NCBI RefSeq assembly: GCF_001194135.2
Contig: NC_068983.1
Location: 16,977,567 to 17,041,566, forward strand
DNA from: Octopus bimaculoides
Taxonomy: Eukaryota
Length of the DNA stretch: 64,000 bases
Direction: 5' to 3'
Positions 37,612-49,530 of this stretch are shown in pieces (the stretch's first letter is position 1; each line of letters opens with the position of its first letter). The notes below the pieces were generated by a model. The model was not told where the DNA came from. It made no database searches and worked only from the letters and a program-made list of their open reading frames with translations. A program made the position numbers and the translations under genes.

Positions 37612-40600
37612 AATAATGGGCTTTCAAACAGCTTCTGATTACCAATTCCACTTGTACAGCACTAGTTAGGCTGAGGTTATAGCAGCAGACACATTTGCCC
37701 AAGGTGCTATGCAGTATGATAGAACCAGAGATGACATGGTAACAAAGCAAACTCCATATCCACAGAGTTATGACTGCAACTATATGTGAATGTGTACATA
37801 TAATAAGAAATAACAATAGGTAGCTGAAAACATCACTACACTTGTTTGGTTATTTATTCAACAATGTATAATAATTATACAACATTACATAACATCATGC
37901 TATTTGCATAACTGCACCAGTTCACCAGTTGATATGTCAGTGAAATCAAAGCAAAATATTTATGTGCTAAGATTCAATGTGGGAATAATTTGTTAGAATT
38001 TTGGTGATGGTTTGCACAATTATTAACACTGATTTATGAAAATGAAATTTCCCACTGAATTTATAAAGACAGAAAAAATAAATCACTGCATTATTATTGC
38101 ATAGGGAGTTATGTTGCTGTTGTGGTAACAATTCTATTTCAATTGTTACCTACAACATCATTGGTATAATGGGACCCAACATCTCACTTTGTTTCAAGTC
38201 AACATGTAAAAGGAAAACTGAAGTCTTACCGCAGAAGATGCACCATCATTAGAAAGGAAGCAAGAGACTGTAGGGCAGTAGAAGCAGTCAGGAGCTGAAT
38301 AACTAGTTGCATTGGTCCACCTTTTGAGAGAGTCTGCCAGAGTCGGGGCCAGAATATACAGCCGATAACAAAATAACACAAAGTTAAAAGCTGGTAGAAT
38401 CCAAGAAGACCTGGAAATAATCAACAATAGGAAAGTTCTGATGATATCTTAGACAATGTTTTTACTCTTTTAATATCTGTGTATCATCATAACAGTAATG
38501 TCCAATTTTCTGTGATCACACCAGTCTGTCAGAATTTGTTGAGGCAGATTTTCTATGGTCTGATGTTGTTCTTGTCTCCAACCCTCACCTGTTTCCTAGT
38601 GAGATCATTTTTACCCCACATGGTTGGACATGTTTTCATGGAAGATTGGAAACAAAGGATATCATTTTCATGACAGTGACACTTGTTTAAAACAATCACA
38701 CCAAGTCAAGACAAGGAAACAGTAACACACACACAAACAAGAAGAATGGAGTAAGCAAGTTCTTTTATTACATCAATTTAGAGTTGCTTCATCTGCAAAT
38801 AGCTTTTGAATTTGATGTGTCATTAACACTTCATGAATCAATAGCTGCATATAATTATTGCATAATACAGCATTATTCACGAGATCAAACTCAGATGAAA
38901 CAATTGTAAATTGATGTAATAAAATGACTTGCTCATTCCATTTTTCTTGTTTGTAATTATTTTTAAAACAAGCAATCTCGGGATGTGACAGTGTGTTGAT
39001 TGCAAATGAAAACCTCACTTGGTATGTTCATTAGATTAAGGGATTACTACATTGCTTGGAAACAGGTGAGGGTTGCTGTCGAGAAAGGAATCTAACATAT
39101 GCAAGCATGAAAAAGTAGATGTTAAAATAAGGATGATGATGCTGCACACATGCACTTAAAGTAGAGTTTTGATGATGGGGATTCAGTTATTTGATCAACT
39201 GAATTACCTGTTCATTGCATTAATATGCAGGTGACTGAGTATTCCAGATATGTGCACCATCACCAAAATCTCCAGGTAGAATTAGTATCATATAGTGTAT
39301 GATATAGCTGCTATTTTGAATTATATAAACCCATCTGAAAAAGTTTCCATCTAGTTTCTATCATGGTACCTCATGACAGCAAAGTGAAAGTCTTACTCAT
39401 TCAGCCATGCTGCATCCACACACACAAAGACAAACATTTACACAGTTGCATAGTGTAATTAACACTGTTTACCTTCACTTATCCATGTTATATAAATGTA
39501 GGCCATGATTCCAAAATAAACTCCTTTACAGAACATGCATAATACAGTGGCCTCCCTTTGTGGTGCAAAAATGTATGTGTGCCAAGTATTTTGATAGAGA
39601 AAATGGCAGTAACCTTACCTGATTCCTCATCACTAAAATGAATGGTTGGGGCTGCAAGTGAGTCTGGGTTTAATAATTTAATGTCATACAGAATGTAATT
39701 TGGTTTTTCTAGAAGGGTAAATGGTTTTGTAGGATCACAAGTGTAAGCATCTGCATAGACAATGTGCCATATTCTGGGGTAATAGAAGTGTGCAATAGTG
39801 AGATTTCCAGTCTTGTTTGTAAGTTCATCTGCCAAGGGAAAGATTAAAAATAATCAAACAAAAGCAACAGAAATTTAAAAGCAAAATCTTTCAACAACAC
39901 AAAACCAGATACTTTTATATTCAGATGTAATGTTATGTTTCTTTTTTAATATCAGTCAGGTTACAGTTGATTGTGAAAGTTCTACAGCAAAATTGTCCAC
40001 TAACTGTTGAACAGATGACCCCAACCAGAAAAGGGGCCCCATGACTGATTGGTGGGAGAAAAAAAAAGGGAAAAGGAAAGAGAAAAGAGAGAAAGGGGTC
40101 TTTTTTATATTCTTATAGTCAGTTGCTATGCAGCTGTTGAAGTTAATGACACACAGATAAATAAAAAAACAGAGAAACCAAAATATTCTCTCCCCGTTCA
40201 ATTCCAGATTTTTTCAGCTAACATATGCACATATATAAAGGCATACATTTTCTGTAAAATCAGTTATAATTCTCTGAAATGAGATTCTGACTACCTCTTT
40301 TTTCTTAATATATAAAATCTGTAAACCACTTCAAATACACACAGAGGTATGTTAAATGCTGTTGTTGCTATATACACACACACTATTTTAAAGCGTGTTG
40401 AGCTGGCAGAATCGTTAGCATGCTGGATGAAATGTTTAGTAGCATTTGTTTGAGTTCTTTACACTCTAAGTTCAAATTCTGCTGAGACTGACTTTGCCTT
40501 TGGTCTTTTTGGAGGTCAGAAAAGTAAGGACCAGTCAAGCACTGGGGTTGATACAATCAACAATCCCCCTCCGTCAAAATTTTACGCATTGCGCCAGTAG

Positions 40601-41589
40601 TAGAAAGAATTATTATTATTTTACATTTAGTTCACAATGCAGTTCCTTCACAAGCTGTTGATTGGATGTCCCAATAATTTCAGTATTTTCCAGCAATATT
40701 GTACCCTCCAACAGTATAAAGAACATCCAAGTTATTTTGAATTACATTGCAGTCATTTCCTCTAACTCTGCTGCCATCACATCAAACCAGACGAAACAAC
40801 AAAACTCTCAAACAACATTTATTTTTGTTTCATTCCTTACTGAGAATTTGTTCTTTGCTCTTAGTTCCAGTTATCCATCATTTTTTTCTCATGTTATTGC
40901 TTACATAATATGAAACCAATATGGTACAATGATACTTACATGCGATCCTTGCTTTGTCAAATTTGCTTTGACATGAAGTATCCAGTGTGGCTTCCTTCCA
41001 GTCTTCATTGAGAAAAAGATAAAGTTTAGGTATTGTAGCTCCGGTTTCATTTAGAACATACTTGATCATTGCCGATTCCCCTGAAAATTTCAGAAATAGA
41101 TGGTCATAATTTATTTAAGTTGCAACACTTAGATGTAATAGGGAAGAAATCTGCAACAATAAATGTCAAGCAAAATATTCTTCACAAGTTCATACCAGTG
41201 GCATAGTTAGTTAGAATCTGTGCCATTTATGTCCCCTGTGCAAGTTTATACAGCAAACCCAAAAGTGTTGTCATCAATATCAGCATTTTTTCATCCCTCT
41301 TGGAAACATCTGAACCACTCATATACTCCTCTCCATATATTTTCTGCAACTTAGCGTCGGCCTCTGAGCAGGTATCGCCATAACAACTTTCTCTGTCGTG
41401 GTCAATGTGACGATCACATGCTACACACTTTCCTCCCAAGCACTGCTGTAAACAGAAGTAAAATAAAATGTCGAAACTTAGTGTGCATGCACAGCAGAGT
41501 TCAAGGTCAATCTGTACCAAGTGGCTGCACTCTCTTTGCTTTAGCTTTACTACTATAGCAACAGTCCGGAAACTTATTGATCAGACCAC

Positions 41590-41649
<60 letters not shown>

Positions 41650-42922
41650 TGGCATGATTGTATGGTCAGGAAGTTAGCTTTTTAACAATGCAGACTTGGG
41701 TTCAATTCCACAATGTTGCACCTTGGGTAAGTGTCAAGTGTCTTCTACTACAGTCTTGGTAGAAGCACATCGTGTATTTATATATATATGTGTGTGCCCT
41801 TGTCTTGACATCATGTGATAGTTGTAAACAAGCATTACTGCCACACAAGCAATGTTGTTCATTCCCACTCTTCCAGTAAAAATATGTCTGGCCACTGGAA
41901 AATATTACCTTACTTGGAAACAGGTGAGTGCTGGTAACAGGAAAGGCATTGAACTATAGAAAATCCACCACAACAAATTCCATCGGACCCATGCAACAAT
42001 AGAAAAGGGAACATGAGAATGATGCTGGTGATGATGCATTTGCAGTAGACACTAAATATAAGGAACAATTAACAACACATTCAAAACATGTTTCACAAAT
42101 ACTTCATGTGTACTGTAGTTGTACATGGAAAAATATACTCCACAATGCTTGGGGTAAAAGACATTAGTGGCTCCTACAAATTGGAAGGCTTTTACTCTTT
42201 GAGCATTATACAGACTGTAAGACTCTCTTGCTTTCTGACTAAACTTTAGCCTATCACTTTGGCCCCTTGCCAAAATGTACTATACTTACTCTGTGGAATA
42301 CATCAACACCCAACATTTGCTCTCTTCAAGCTTTCATTTTATAATTTATATTTCCAAAAATATTCAAATAATGGATATTTCAAAAGAAAAGCAGACTTGT
42401 ATTACCAGCTGATGATCAGAAATGAGTAACACTGAATACTAGAAACTGGAGCCTTTCAGTTATAATGTATTAAAGAATACTCTACACTTGAATTGAGTCC
42501 TATAATTTATATTGCTTCTGGTGAATCAAGAAATTTATACACACACACACACACCCTACAATATTTCTATTTGCTTTACAATTGCTATATTGTTCTATGG
42601 TAAAGTGAAAAGAATTATATATTTTATAGGCTTGGCCATAGTCTGTATACTACTACTTTTATTCTGGGGTAACTATTGTTGATTTGTGTCAGCTACAATT
42701 GGTCCGTGAAAGAGTTTGTAGTTGAATTAAATAAGTTCTAATACTTATGAGATGTGAAGAAGTGAATTATTCAGGTGTTTTACTCTTCATCTAAATGAGA
42801 GAGAGAGAGAGAGTGAGAGAGAGAGAGAGAGAGAGAGANNNNNNNNNNNNNNNNNNNNNNNNNNNNNNNNNNNNNNNNNNNNNNNNNNNNNNNNNNNNNN
42901 NNNNNNNNNNNNNNNNNNNNNN

Positions 42923-42984
<62 letters not shown>

Positions 42985-45900
42985 AGTATTGCCACTTTGG
43001 TGAGTTAGCAATAGCATGATTGTAGCGCCTGCAAGAAATAGTTGCTAAACCTCCCTCAAATCACACTCTATCATATTCACATTGAGGAAGGATAATGTAG
43101 TCCTAGATATCCCCGAAAAGATTAGATGGTCCTGGCTGTAGGGACCAATTGTAGCTGACACAAATCAACAATAGTTACCTCAGATTTTACTCTAGGTGTT
43201 AAGTTGAGAGTAATACCATAGATTTTAAAATTTATTATGCTTGTCCTACATATTTGTTGAAGCAGAGAACCTTTTCATGTTATACGCAGCTACTATAAAT
43301 GTTGGAATATTAGATTAACTCTGTTTATTAACTATTTGAATGTTGTTGTTTAGAGATCCAGGTCAACTTCAGGCATAGAGTATTGATGACTACCATCATC
43401 AATTAACATTCGCTTTCCATGCTGGTATAGATTGAATGATTTGACAGGAGCTGTTGAGCCAGCTATGTCATGGTTTCTATGGCTGGATACCCATCCTAAT
43501 GCCAACCACATTACAGAGTGTACCGAGTGCTTTTTATGTGGTACCAGTACCAGTGAGATCACTAAGTAACTTGCAAGACAAGACTCCTCAACTGAGCTGG
43601 TGTGAGTAATATTGTGGGAGGTATGAACGATGACAGTTGAATACATATGAATGAAAACAGTTGCATCAAGAGGTTCTGATCTCTAACTGTGGAGGGAACA
43701 TGTGGAAGGGGTAGACTCAAGAAGATGCAGGATGAAGAGGTGAGAAAGGATCTTCAGATGTTGGGACTCACAGAGGAGATAACAGGGGACTGAGACTCCT
43801 GGCAGTTTGCCGTACTTGAGAATACACATCAAGCTAAGTAAAAGCTTGGCTGTCCTTGCATACAAGCATGTCTCCTGCATCCTTCTCCAGCTGAGTGTTC
43901 CTAATTTTGCAAGCTTGTGGATGCTGGTGCCATATAAATGCACCTGTGCTGGTGCTGTATAAAAGCATCCAGTACACTCTGTAAAGTGGTTGGATTAGGA
44001 AGAGCATCCAGCCGTAGAAACTATGCCAAAACTGACATGGAGCCTGGGCAGCTCTTCAGCCAGCCAGCTTCTGTCCAACTGTCCAACCCATGCCAGCATG
44101 GAAAATAGATGTTAACAGATGATGATGATGATGTGACTTTGTATGACAGAAGAATAGGAACAAGTGTCTTGCAGTAGGGAAAAGACATGGCACCTAAGCT
44201 GGAAAAAGAGAGGAGAGGATTATTTTGAAGCTGATAAGGGAAATTTGACAGCTATTTGTAACCAACTGTTTAGCCCTAGGTTGGTGCTAATTGAGCAGAG
44301 CTATGGTCAAAGGCATTCCTACCATGACCATCCCTATGTTTAGTTTAGTTCAGTGATAATGTTCTAAGACTATATTACGTAATGTGTCCTTCCTTTTCAA
44401 GACAAAAGATGACTTTTTTAATAGTTGGGGGACACATATAAGAGATTGTCAAACGACCACCAACAGGTTTCCTTGTTGGCTCATTTAGTAGTTGTTTAGC
44501 TCTAGGTAAGACCTAAGATCAGAGACATTCCAACAGTGACCATTATGTTAGAAGTATGGAGGAGTACTACATCCTCTGTGACTTTTCTTTACTGAAGATG
44601 GTAAACTGTGCAGTTGCTGCTATTCAAGTAATTACATAAAAGTTCTTTTGTTGGGCAGCTGTTTTTGAACCCAAGTTAACTCTGATAGAGCTTATCAGAG
44701 ACCAAAAGTGTTCCACTCAATGCTATCCATCTTTTTGAGGATATCTAAGACTTATTTATTCAATGTAATTTTTCTTTTCTCAAGACAATAGTGAGTAAAG
44801 GATTTGAAGAAGATTTGGTTGTTATTTCTAGCAAATTGAATGACTCCTTTACTGATGCTTTTTTCTTTTACTTTTTAAGTCGCTGGACTGTGGCTATCTG
44901 GGTACCACCATGAGAGGTGTAGTTGAACAAATGGACTTCAGAATAACTTCTTTCAAAATCTGGTACTTATTCTATCAGTCGCATTTGCTTGAACTGCTAA
45001 GATACAGGGGTAGTCAAGGGGTGAGGGTATAAGCATCTTTCAGTTTCAGTCTACCAAATCCACTCACTAGGCTTTGGTCAGCCCAAGGTGTCACACACAG
45101 GGACTGAACCCAAGACCATATGGTCAGGAAGCTAGCTTCATAACTACACAGTCAAGCTTGCACCTGCCTGTAATTTACTTGTTGGTTAGCTCCAGATAAG
45201 TCATAAGAAAGTATTGCTCTCATATCTGGGGTGGCAGATCTGCTGCACACACAATCCCAGACTGCATCCAGAGAAGAACCACTAAACTGATTGGCATAAA
45301 GTCACTTACAGATATTCCCCAGTCTACACTCCACAAGTGTGTTGTTTCTTCTCTCTCTGCCTCTTTTACCACTACTATTATGGCTTCTGCTCTTTGGAAC
45401 TTGCTGGGCTTGTGCTACTTCCACTCAGGCACCCTTGACTCACTTGTCAACCCTTTCATTAGCCTCGTTGTGTCCAATTTCCCAGGCCTAGCCCTAATCA
45501 TTACACACGGTCATTTTTTCCTAGAATATCAACCTTCTGCAGTTCACTCCCTATTCATGTCTTTCCAACAGGTGTTAACTTTCAAAGTTTGAAGAGGGGA
45601 ACATTAATCTCATGGGTCTAGGAGGTCCTGTGAAGGCTCTGGCCACCGACCTATCCTCCAGACCCAGCAAGAAAAAAAAAAAAAAAACCCTATGAAGAAA
45701 GACATAGCAGTTACAGTATTTGATGGTATGAAAGATACAGGAGGTATATGCGACATGACTCAATTTCAACAATGCATATTCAGAAGAAAAGGTTTTAGTG
45801 CATTAAAGCTTGTAATATAGACCAAACTTCACAGATAGGACCCAGGGGGTTCTTGAAAAACTTTTTCTTGAGAGAAAAACAAAAAAATGGCTGTGTAATA

Positions 45901-48900
45901 AGAATCTTCCTTCCCAACCACATGATTCCAGATTCAGTTCCACTGCATGGCATCTTGGGCATCTACTATAGCCTTAGGCTGACCAAAGCTTCTGGACCCA
46001 GCAAACCAAGTGAGACCATAATCTGTGGCCTCTGCCAGGGGTGTAGCCAGCCCACTTATTCGTACTTCTCCTTCATTGGACACTAAACTCTGCTTGCAAA
46101 GACCTGTTGAGGCAATCGAAATCGAACCAAATTCGATGACTGGCACCCATGACAACCTTCCCTTCATTGGACACTCTGCTTGTGAAGACCTGTTAGGGCA
46201 AGTGAAATCAAAATCGAAATTGAACCAAATTCGATGACTGGCACCTGTGCCAGTGGAGCGCTAACAGTACCGTCTGAGCGCGATCATTGCCAGAGCAGCT
46301 GTCTGGCTTCTGTGCCGGTGGCACGTAAATNNNNNNNNNNGTGGAGCGCTAACAGTACCGTCTGAGCGCGATCATTGCCAGAGCAGCTGTCTGGCTTCTG
46401 TGCCGGTGGCACGTAAATAGCACCATTTGAGCGTGATTGTTACCAGTGTTGCCTTACTGGCACTTGTGTCAGTAGCACATGGAAAAAACATTCGAGCAAG
46501 GTCATTGCCAGTGCTGCTGGACTGGCTCCTGTGCAGGTGGCACGTAAAAAACACCATTTGAGCATAGCCATTGCCAGTACCACCTGATTGACCCTTGTGC
46601 CGGTGGCACGTAAAAGCACCCACTACACTCTCGGAGTGGTTGGCTTTTGGAAGGGCATCCAGCTGTAGAAACTCTACCAGATCAGATTGGAGCCTGGTGC
46701 AGCCATCTGGTTCGCCAGTCCTCAGTCAAATCGTCCAACCCATGCTAGCATGGAAAGCGGACGTTAAACGATGATGATGATGATAATATATATATATATA
46801 TATATAAGAAACAAGTTTAAAATAATGGTCATTACATATAATTCCTTTAGTGGAGCAAATTTAGCTTACAGATGTTTTCAGTAATCATTATAAGTACATT
46901 ACTGATAGGTTTACTCAATTATTCTATTGAGCCACTTCCAGAAATGGCTCTGATGAAAATATCATTAATTTTTTTAGGTCGTTCAATTTACCTCAATTGA
47001 TTAATAGACCAATTGAGTAAAACTATCAGTATTGTACCCATGATGACTACTGGAAACAGCTGTAAGCCAAATTTGCTCCAATAAAGGAGTTATATGTAAT
47101 GGCCATTATTTTTAACTGTTTTCTTATGTATCACTCTGTAAAAACCATCTTATTGGGAGCCCATCCACGGATTTACAATATAGAATTGTGATGAACCATA
47201 ACTTGGAACCCTACCAAAAGATTACTTGGAGTTCTTCACTAATCTACCTAATTTTGTTAGCCTGGTATGCCATAAGAGAGCTTATGAAGTATTTAGCCCA
47301 GATTGATAATCCCTCACTCATCATCACACTGGTAAGCTGGGGAGCTGCACCAGAATAATGATGATGTATGTGTATTTGCATCTGTGTTTGTCTTACCACC
47401 ACTGCACTTGACAACCGGTGCTGGTGTGTTTATGTCCCCTGTAACTAAATTCTTCAAGGCAGTTCCCCTGCATGGTCGCAGTCTAATGACTGAAACAAGT
47501 AAATGAAAAGATAAGATATACCATCAAGTAGGACACATTTTTTCCTTGTGTACAAGGAATCATCCAGGATGACATAATCCAATATCCTTTGTAAGCCGAC
47601 AGGATGTGATTTGAGGGAGGTTTGGTAGGTATTGCTGGCAGGTCGAACAACCATTGAGAGACTCCTGAGCAGGCTAATGTACTTTCTTATTTTAGTGATA
47701 GGTAACTAGTGTTTCTGTATAAAGCACTGAACAGGCAGAAATAAGACCTTGAGGTATTTGTTCTGAGTTTTGTGCCCTGAGTTCAAATCTGACTGAGGTC
47801 AATTTTGCCTTTCATCGTTTTGGAGTTGGCAACATATTAATGCATTACTAGGGCTGTTCTTTGTCTCTTTCTGTCTTTCTCCCACTCTTGTGCTGTTTCT
47901 GGATGGCATCTTCTATGCACAAACCAGGAAAGGGATGGGTTCGACAAGGTTTAAAATGCCCCCAAAACACTCAATGTCATGACAGCGATTCCAGGACCCC
48001 ACCAGGAGTTGAGAGTCCAAGGAAGAAAGTGTTTCTGTATGACTTGAATAAGTTTTTCCCATCAGCCATTGTGTTGAAACTTCGTCTTTAAGTTTTTCCG
48101 AAGAATTACCATTGATATTGCACAAACATGCTGTATATTTCAAAGGTTCGGGAACAGGGATTGCAAGCGCACCCCCTAAAATTTTTACGGGGCAATGAAA
48201 ACTCTTTTAACATACTCGTGAAAAACTGAGTTTTCACCCCCTAAGCAAATTTCGTTCCAGCACTTATGGTATATTTATTTTCTAAATTAGAAACTAGTCC
48301 AATTTTCTTCAAGATTCGTTTTTGCTTTTTGGATACGACAGACCAATAATACAAAAGAAAGACCATTTGTTCACATAGATGCAAAATCGAATATCTATAG
48401 AAGCTGGTTGAGGAATTATTTTCAAAGACATGTCGATGCGTCACGAACAAAATAATTGGTATCTTCGGCCAACATTTACCAGGATATCTTTATGCTTAAA
48501 TGATAAACAAACCAACGAGAGAATATATACATGGTTGCTCAGATTGTTAGAAATAGTTGCCACATCTTCCTCAAATCACACTTTACTGTGTTAAAAAAAT
48601 GGAAGGACACATTGGACGAGGCAGTCCTAGACATACGAAAGTCAGGAATTATTTACGGCTAGAATGCTTTTGATCAGCAACAGAATATAATTTTTGCTTC
48701 TGGTTGGACTTTTTTTCCTATACAAACACCAATAAATTTCTATCAAAATATCAAGCACTGAGACTATGCATCGAAAACGTATCTAAGCAAATTTCATTTA
48801 AAACTTATGCATCATTAAGAAAGTTGGCGAAGAAACAAAGTCAGGGGTGGAGTGGGGTATGAAACTGTAGTTATGTCACTGTATTCATTGCTTTTGATAA

Positions 48901-49530
48901 GGAAAAAATATTTAAAGTAAGGGAAGAAAAAACGCTTCGTTAATCAAATTTTTATACTTAAAATAAATTTTCGTTCCCAAAGCATTAGTAATGACTTTTT
49001 GTCACGCTGAACAAGACATCGAATGCAATTTATATAATTCGCTGACATTCTTTTTAACAAACCATCAATTGTATCGTATTGAGGAAGTCCTCAGACTGTT
49101 AAATGTTTCAATGTGGGTAATAAATATCAACAGAAGGAAATGCCGATCTATATTATATGATCACTCGAAGTCTGAAAACACCTACATTTCTTGACACAGT
49201 ATGTTTTGTTTCATCGTTAATAAATAAACCAGTTTTTCAGCTTTTATTTTCATATACAAGTTTGTTTGTGTGTGCGTGCGCGCGTGACTGTGTGAGAGAA
49301 AGTATTGATATAATTTATAAATATTAATGGATAAAAACTAAAGAAAAAATAAACTAACCGTGAAAACTAAAAGCTGTTAGATATTGCCCGAAGTCCTTTT
49401 GAGCTTCATCTGTCTTGAGCACACCTTTGATAGTCTTGCCTTCACATGATGAATAATAAAACACATTAAGAATCAAAGATAAAAGTAAATATTCACTGTA
49501 AATACTTGACAACTGCAGGCGGCCGGTCAT
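24476..49530 (-). CDS. GPR180: Integral membrane protein GPR180 (GOLD-domain seven-TM family), complete, 9 exons, 443 aa
   Basis: Exons on -: 49530-49359, 41080-40940, 39828-39619, 38410-38230, 35684-35635, 32957-32806, 29983-29792, 27846-27769, 24631-24476; total 1332 nt, in frame, GT-AG. Signal-peptide-like N-terminus. Motifs KLYLF, WHIVYADAYTC, LLNPD..HFSDEESG, KGGPM, ERSALKREFYATFTK and SRSLYWEVSALSS match human GPR180 as I recall it. Confidence 0.93.
25015..25432 (+). mobile_element. 5'-truncated RTE-type LINE end with (GAT)n tail
   Basis: VEGTRGRGRPRKT..DRDLWKCAVREKTRQAK* C-terminus, a conserved 3' UTR ending ggacgttaaacgatgatgatg. Confidence 0.7.
26031..26427. mobile_element. hAT-type MITE with a nested LINE-3'-end repeat (26105-26345)
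   Basis: TIRs CAATGGTTTCCAACC / GGTTGGGAACCACTG; 8-bp TSD tgttaaac / tattaaac. Confidence 0.7.
26683..27040 (+). mobile_element. tRNA-derived SINE (family C)
   Basis: Head tggctcagtggttaga; reverse-complement copy at about 14216-14545. Confidence 0.65.
27769..27846 (-). CDS. GPR180: GPR180 exon 8
   Basis: SCMLWFLCYPVLVIFSWMLTEYLRYK; tcctag / gtattt. Confidence 0.9.
29792..29983 (-). CDS. GPR180: GPR180 exon 7
   Basis: SILYIWEQYLDKEHRMYYAHRTNAGIGLVFLRILLAAIFAWNLRATVKSERSALKREFYATFTK; ctctag / gtaagt. Confidence 0.93.
30301..30464 (+). ncRNA. Two degenerate minimal type-I hammerhead ribozyme motifs (Penelope-like element remnant)
   Basis: Motif 1: ttgaaaa-GATC tcaag GATC-GAA-ACCGGT-A-ctgaaatg. 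Motif 2: GGC-catgatga-a ATACC acaa GGTAT a-GAA-AATACGTATT-C-GCC. Both have a palindromic loopless stem III; both cores are mutated. Confidence 0.45.
31438..31870 (+). mobile_element. tRNA-derived CORE-like SINE (family A), full length, internal (TA)n
   Basis: A-box-like tgactgtctgg and B-box-like ggttcagtc, CORE-like ggcaccttgggtaagtg. Other copies at about 1290-1630(+), 7625-7790(+), 9192-9562(-), 36775-37115(-), 57190-57840(-), 63670-64000(+). Confidence 0.75.
32240..32690 (+). mobile_element. RTE-type LINE 3' fragment
   Basis: TCGRGRPRKTWDEVVKHDLWILGITEAMTGDRD; same 3' UTR and GAT tail as 25015-25432. Confidence 0.65.
32806..32957 (-). CDS. GPR180: GPR180 exon 6
   Basis: FVDVISQFTMLYMLLCLSLGWTLTSPYKSSPIETIKKKPAAKFVGLLCVLQ; tttttag / gtaaat. 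Confidence 0.9.
35635..35684 (-). CDS. GPR180: GPR180 exon 5
   Basis: YAKDGFGFPFCELLAE; ctgtag / gtaaat. Confidence 0.88.
36399..36607 (+). mobile_element. tRNA-derived SINE (family E)
   Basis: gagctggcagaaacgttagc..gagttcaaattcc (B box)..gaggtcgattttgctttcatcctttcgggg. Copies at about 9585-9800, 40400-40610, 56463-56670, and on - at 16820-17015 and 28290-28460. Confidence 0.7.
38230..38410 (-). CDS. GPR180: GPR180 exon 4
   Basis: GLLGFYQLLTLCYFVIGCIFWPRLWQTLSKGGPMQLVIQLLTASTALQSLASFLMMVHLLR; ttccag / gtaaga. Confidence 0.92.
39619..39828 (-). CDS. GPR180: GPR180 exon 3
   Basis: YELTNKTGNLTIAHFYYPRIWHIVYADAYTCDP..LLNPDSLAAPTIHFSDEESG; ggcag / gtaagg. Confidence 0.9.
40940..41080 (-). CDS. 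GPR180: GPR180 exon 2
   Basis: GESAMIKYVLNETGATIPKLYLFLNEDWKEATLDTSCQSKFDKARIA; tttcag / gtaagt. Confidence 0.88.
41240..41591 (-). mobile_element. Mariner 5' fragment in GPR180 intron 1
   Basis: TIR-like ACGTGGTCTGATCAATAAGTTTCCGG at 41591-41566. Transposase N-terminal GDTCSEADAKLQKIYGEE, then a frameshifted YEWFRCFQEG*KNADIDD. Confidence 0.75.
42797..42980. repeat. (GA)n microsatellite spanning an N-gap
   Basis: Direct reading. Other microsatellites: (CA)n 2964-3030, (TA)n 31594-31667, poly-A about 9934-9990. Confidence 0.95.
43630..44135 (+). mobile_element. RTE-type LINE 3' fragment
   Basis: Degenerate GRGRP-type end plus conserved 3' UTR with (GAT)n tail. Confidence 0.6.
46040..46790 (+). 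mobile_element. Family B repeat; internal duplicate across the 10-N gap
   Basis: Near-identical to 1975-2545 and the reverse complement of 58930-59430. Confidence 0.7.
49359..49530 (-). CDS. GPR180: GPR180 exon 1 (start codon, signal peptide)
   Basis: MTGRLQLSSIYSEYLLLSLILNVFYYSSCEGKTIKGVLKTDEAQKDFGQYLTAFSFH(G); donor gttagt, phase 1. Confidence 0.85.

Noticed and set aside
41227-41520. 97-aa ORF followed by in-frame TAA-ATG, suggesting stop readthrough or recoding of a host gene
   Set aside because: The ORF is frameshifted mariner transposase sequence, and GPR180 has a proper exon 1 at 49530-49359. Kept only as a low-scoring exonization candidate.
46250-46420. Direct repeats flanking short N-gaps (also 53645-53720, 57345-57740, 24770-25025)
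   Set aside because: Identical sequence on both sides of a gap is the signature of unmerged overlapping contig ends, so these are probably single-copy.
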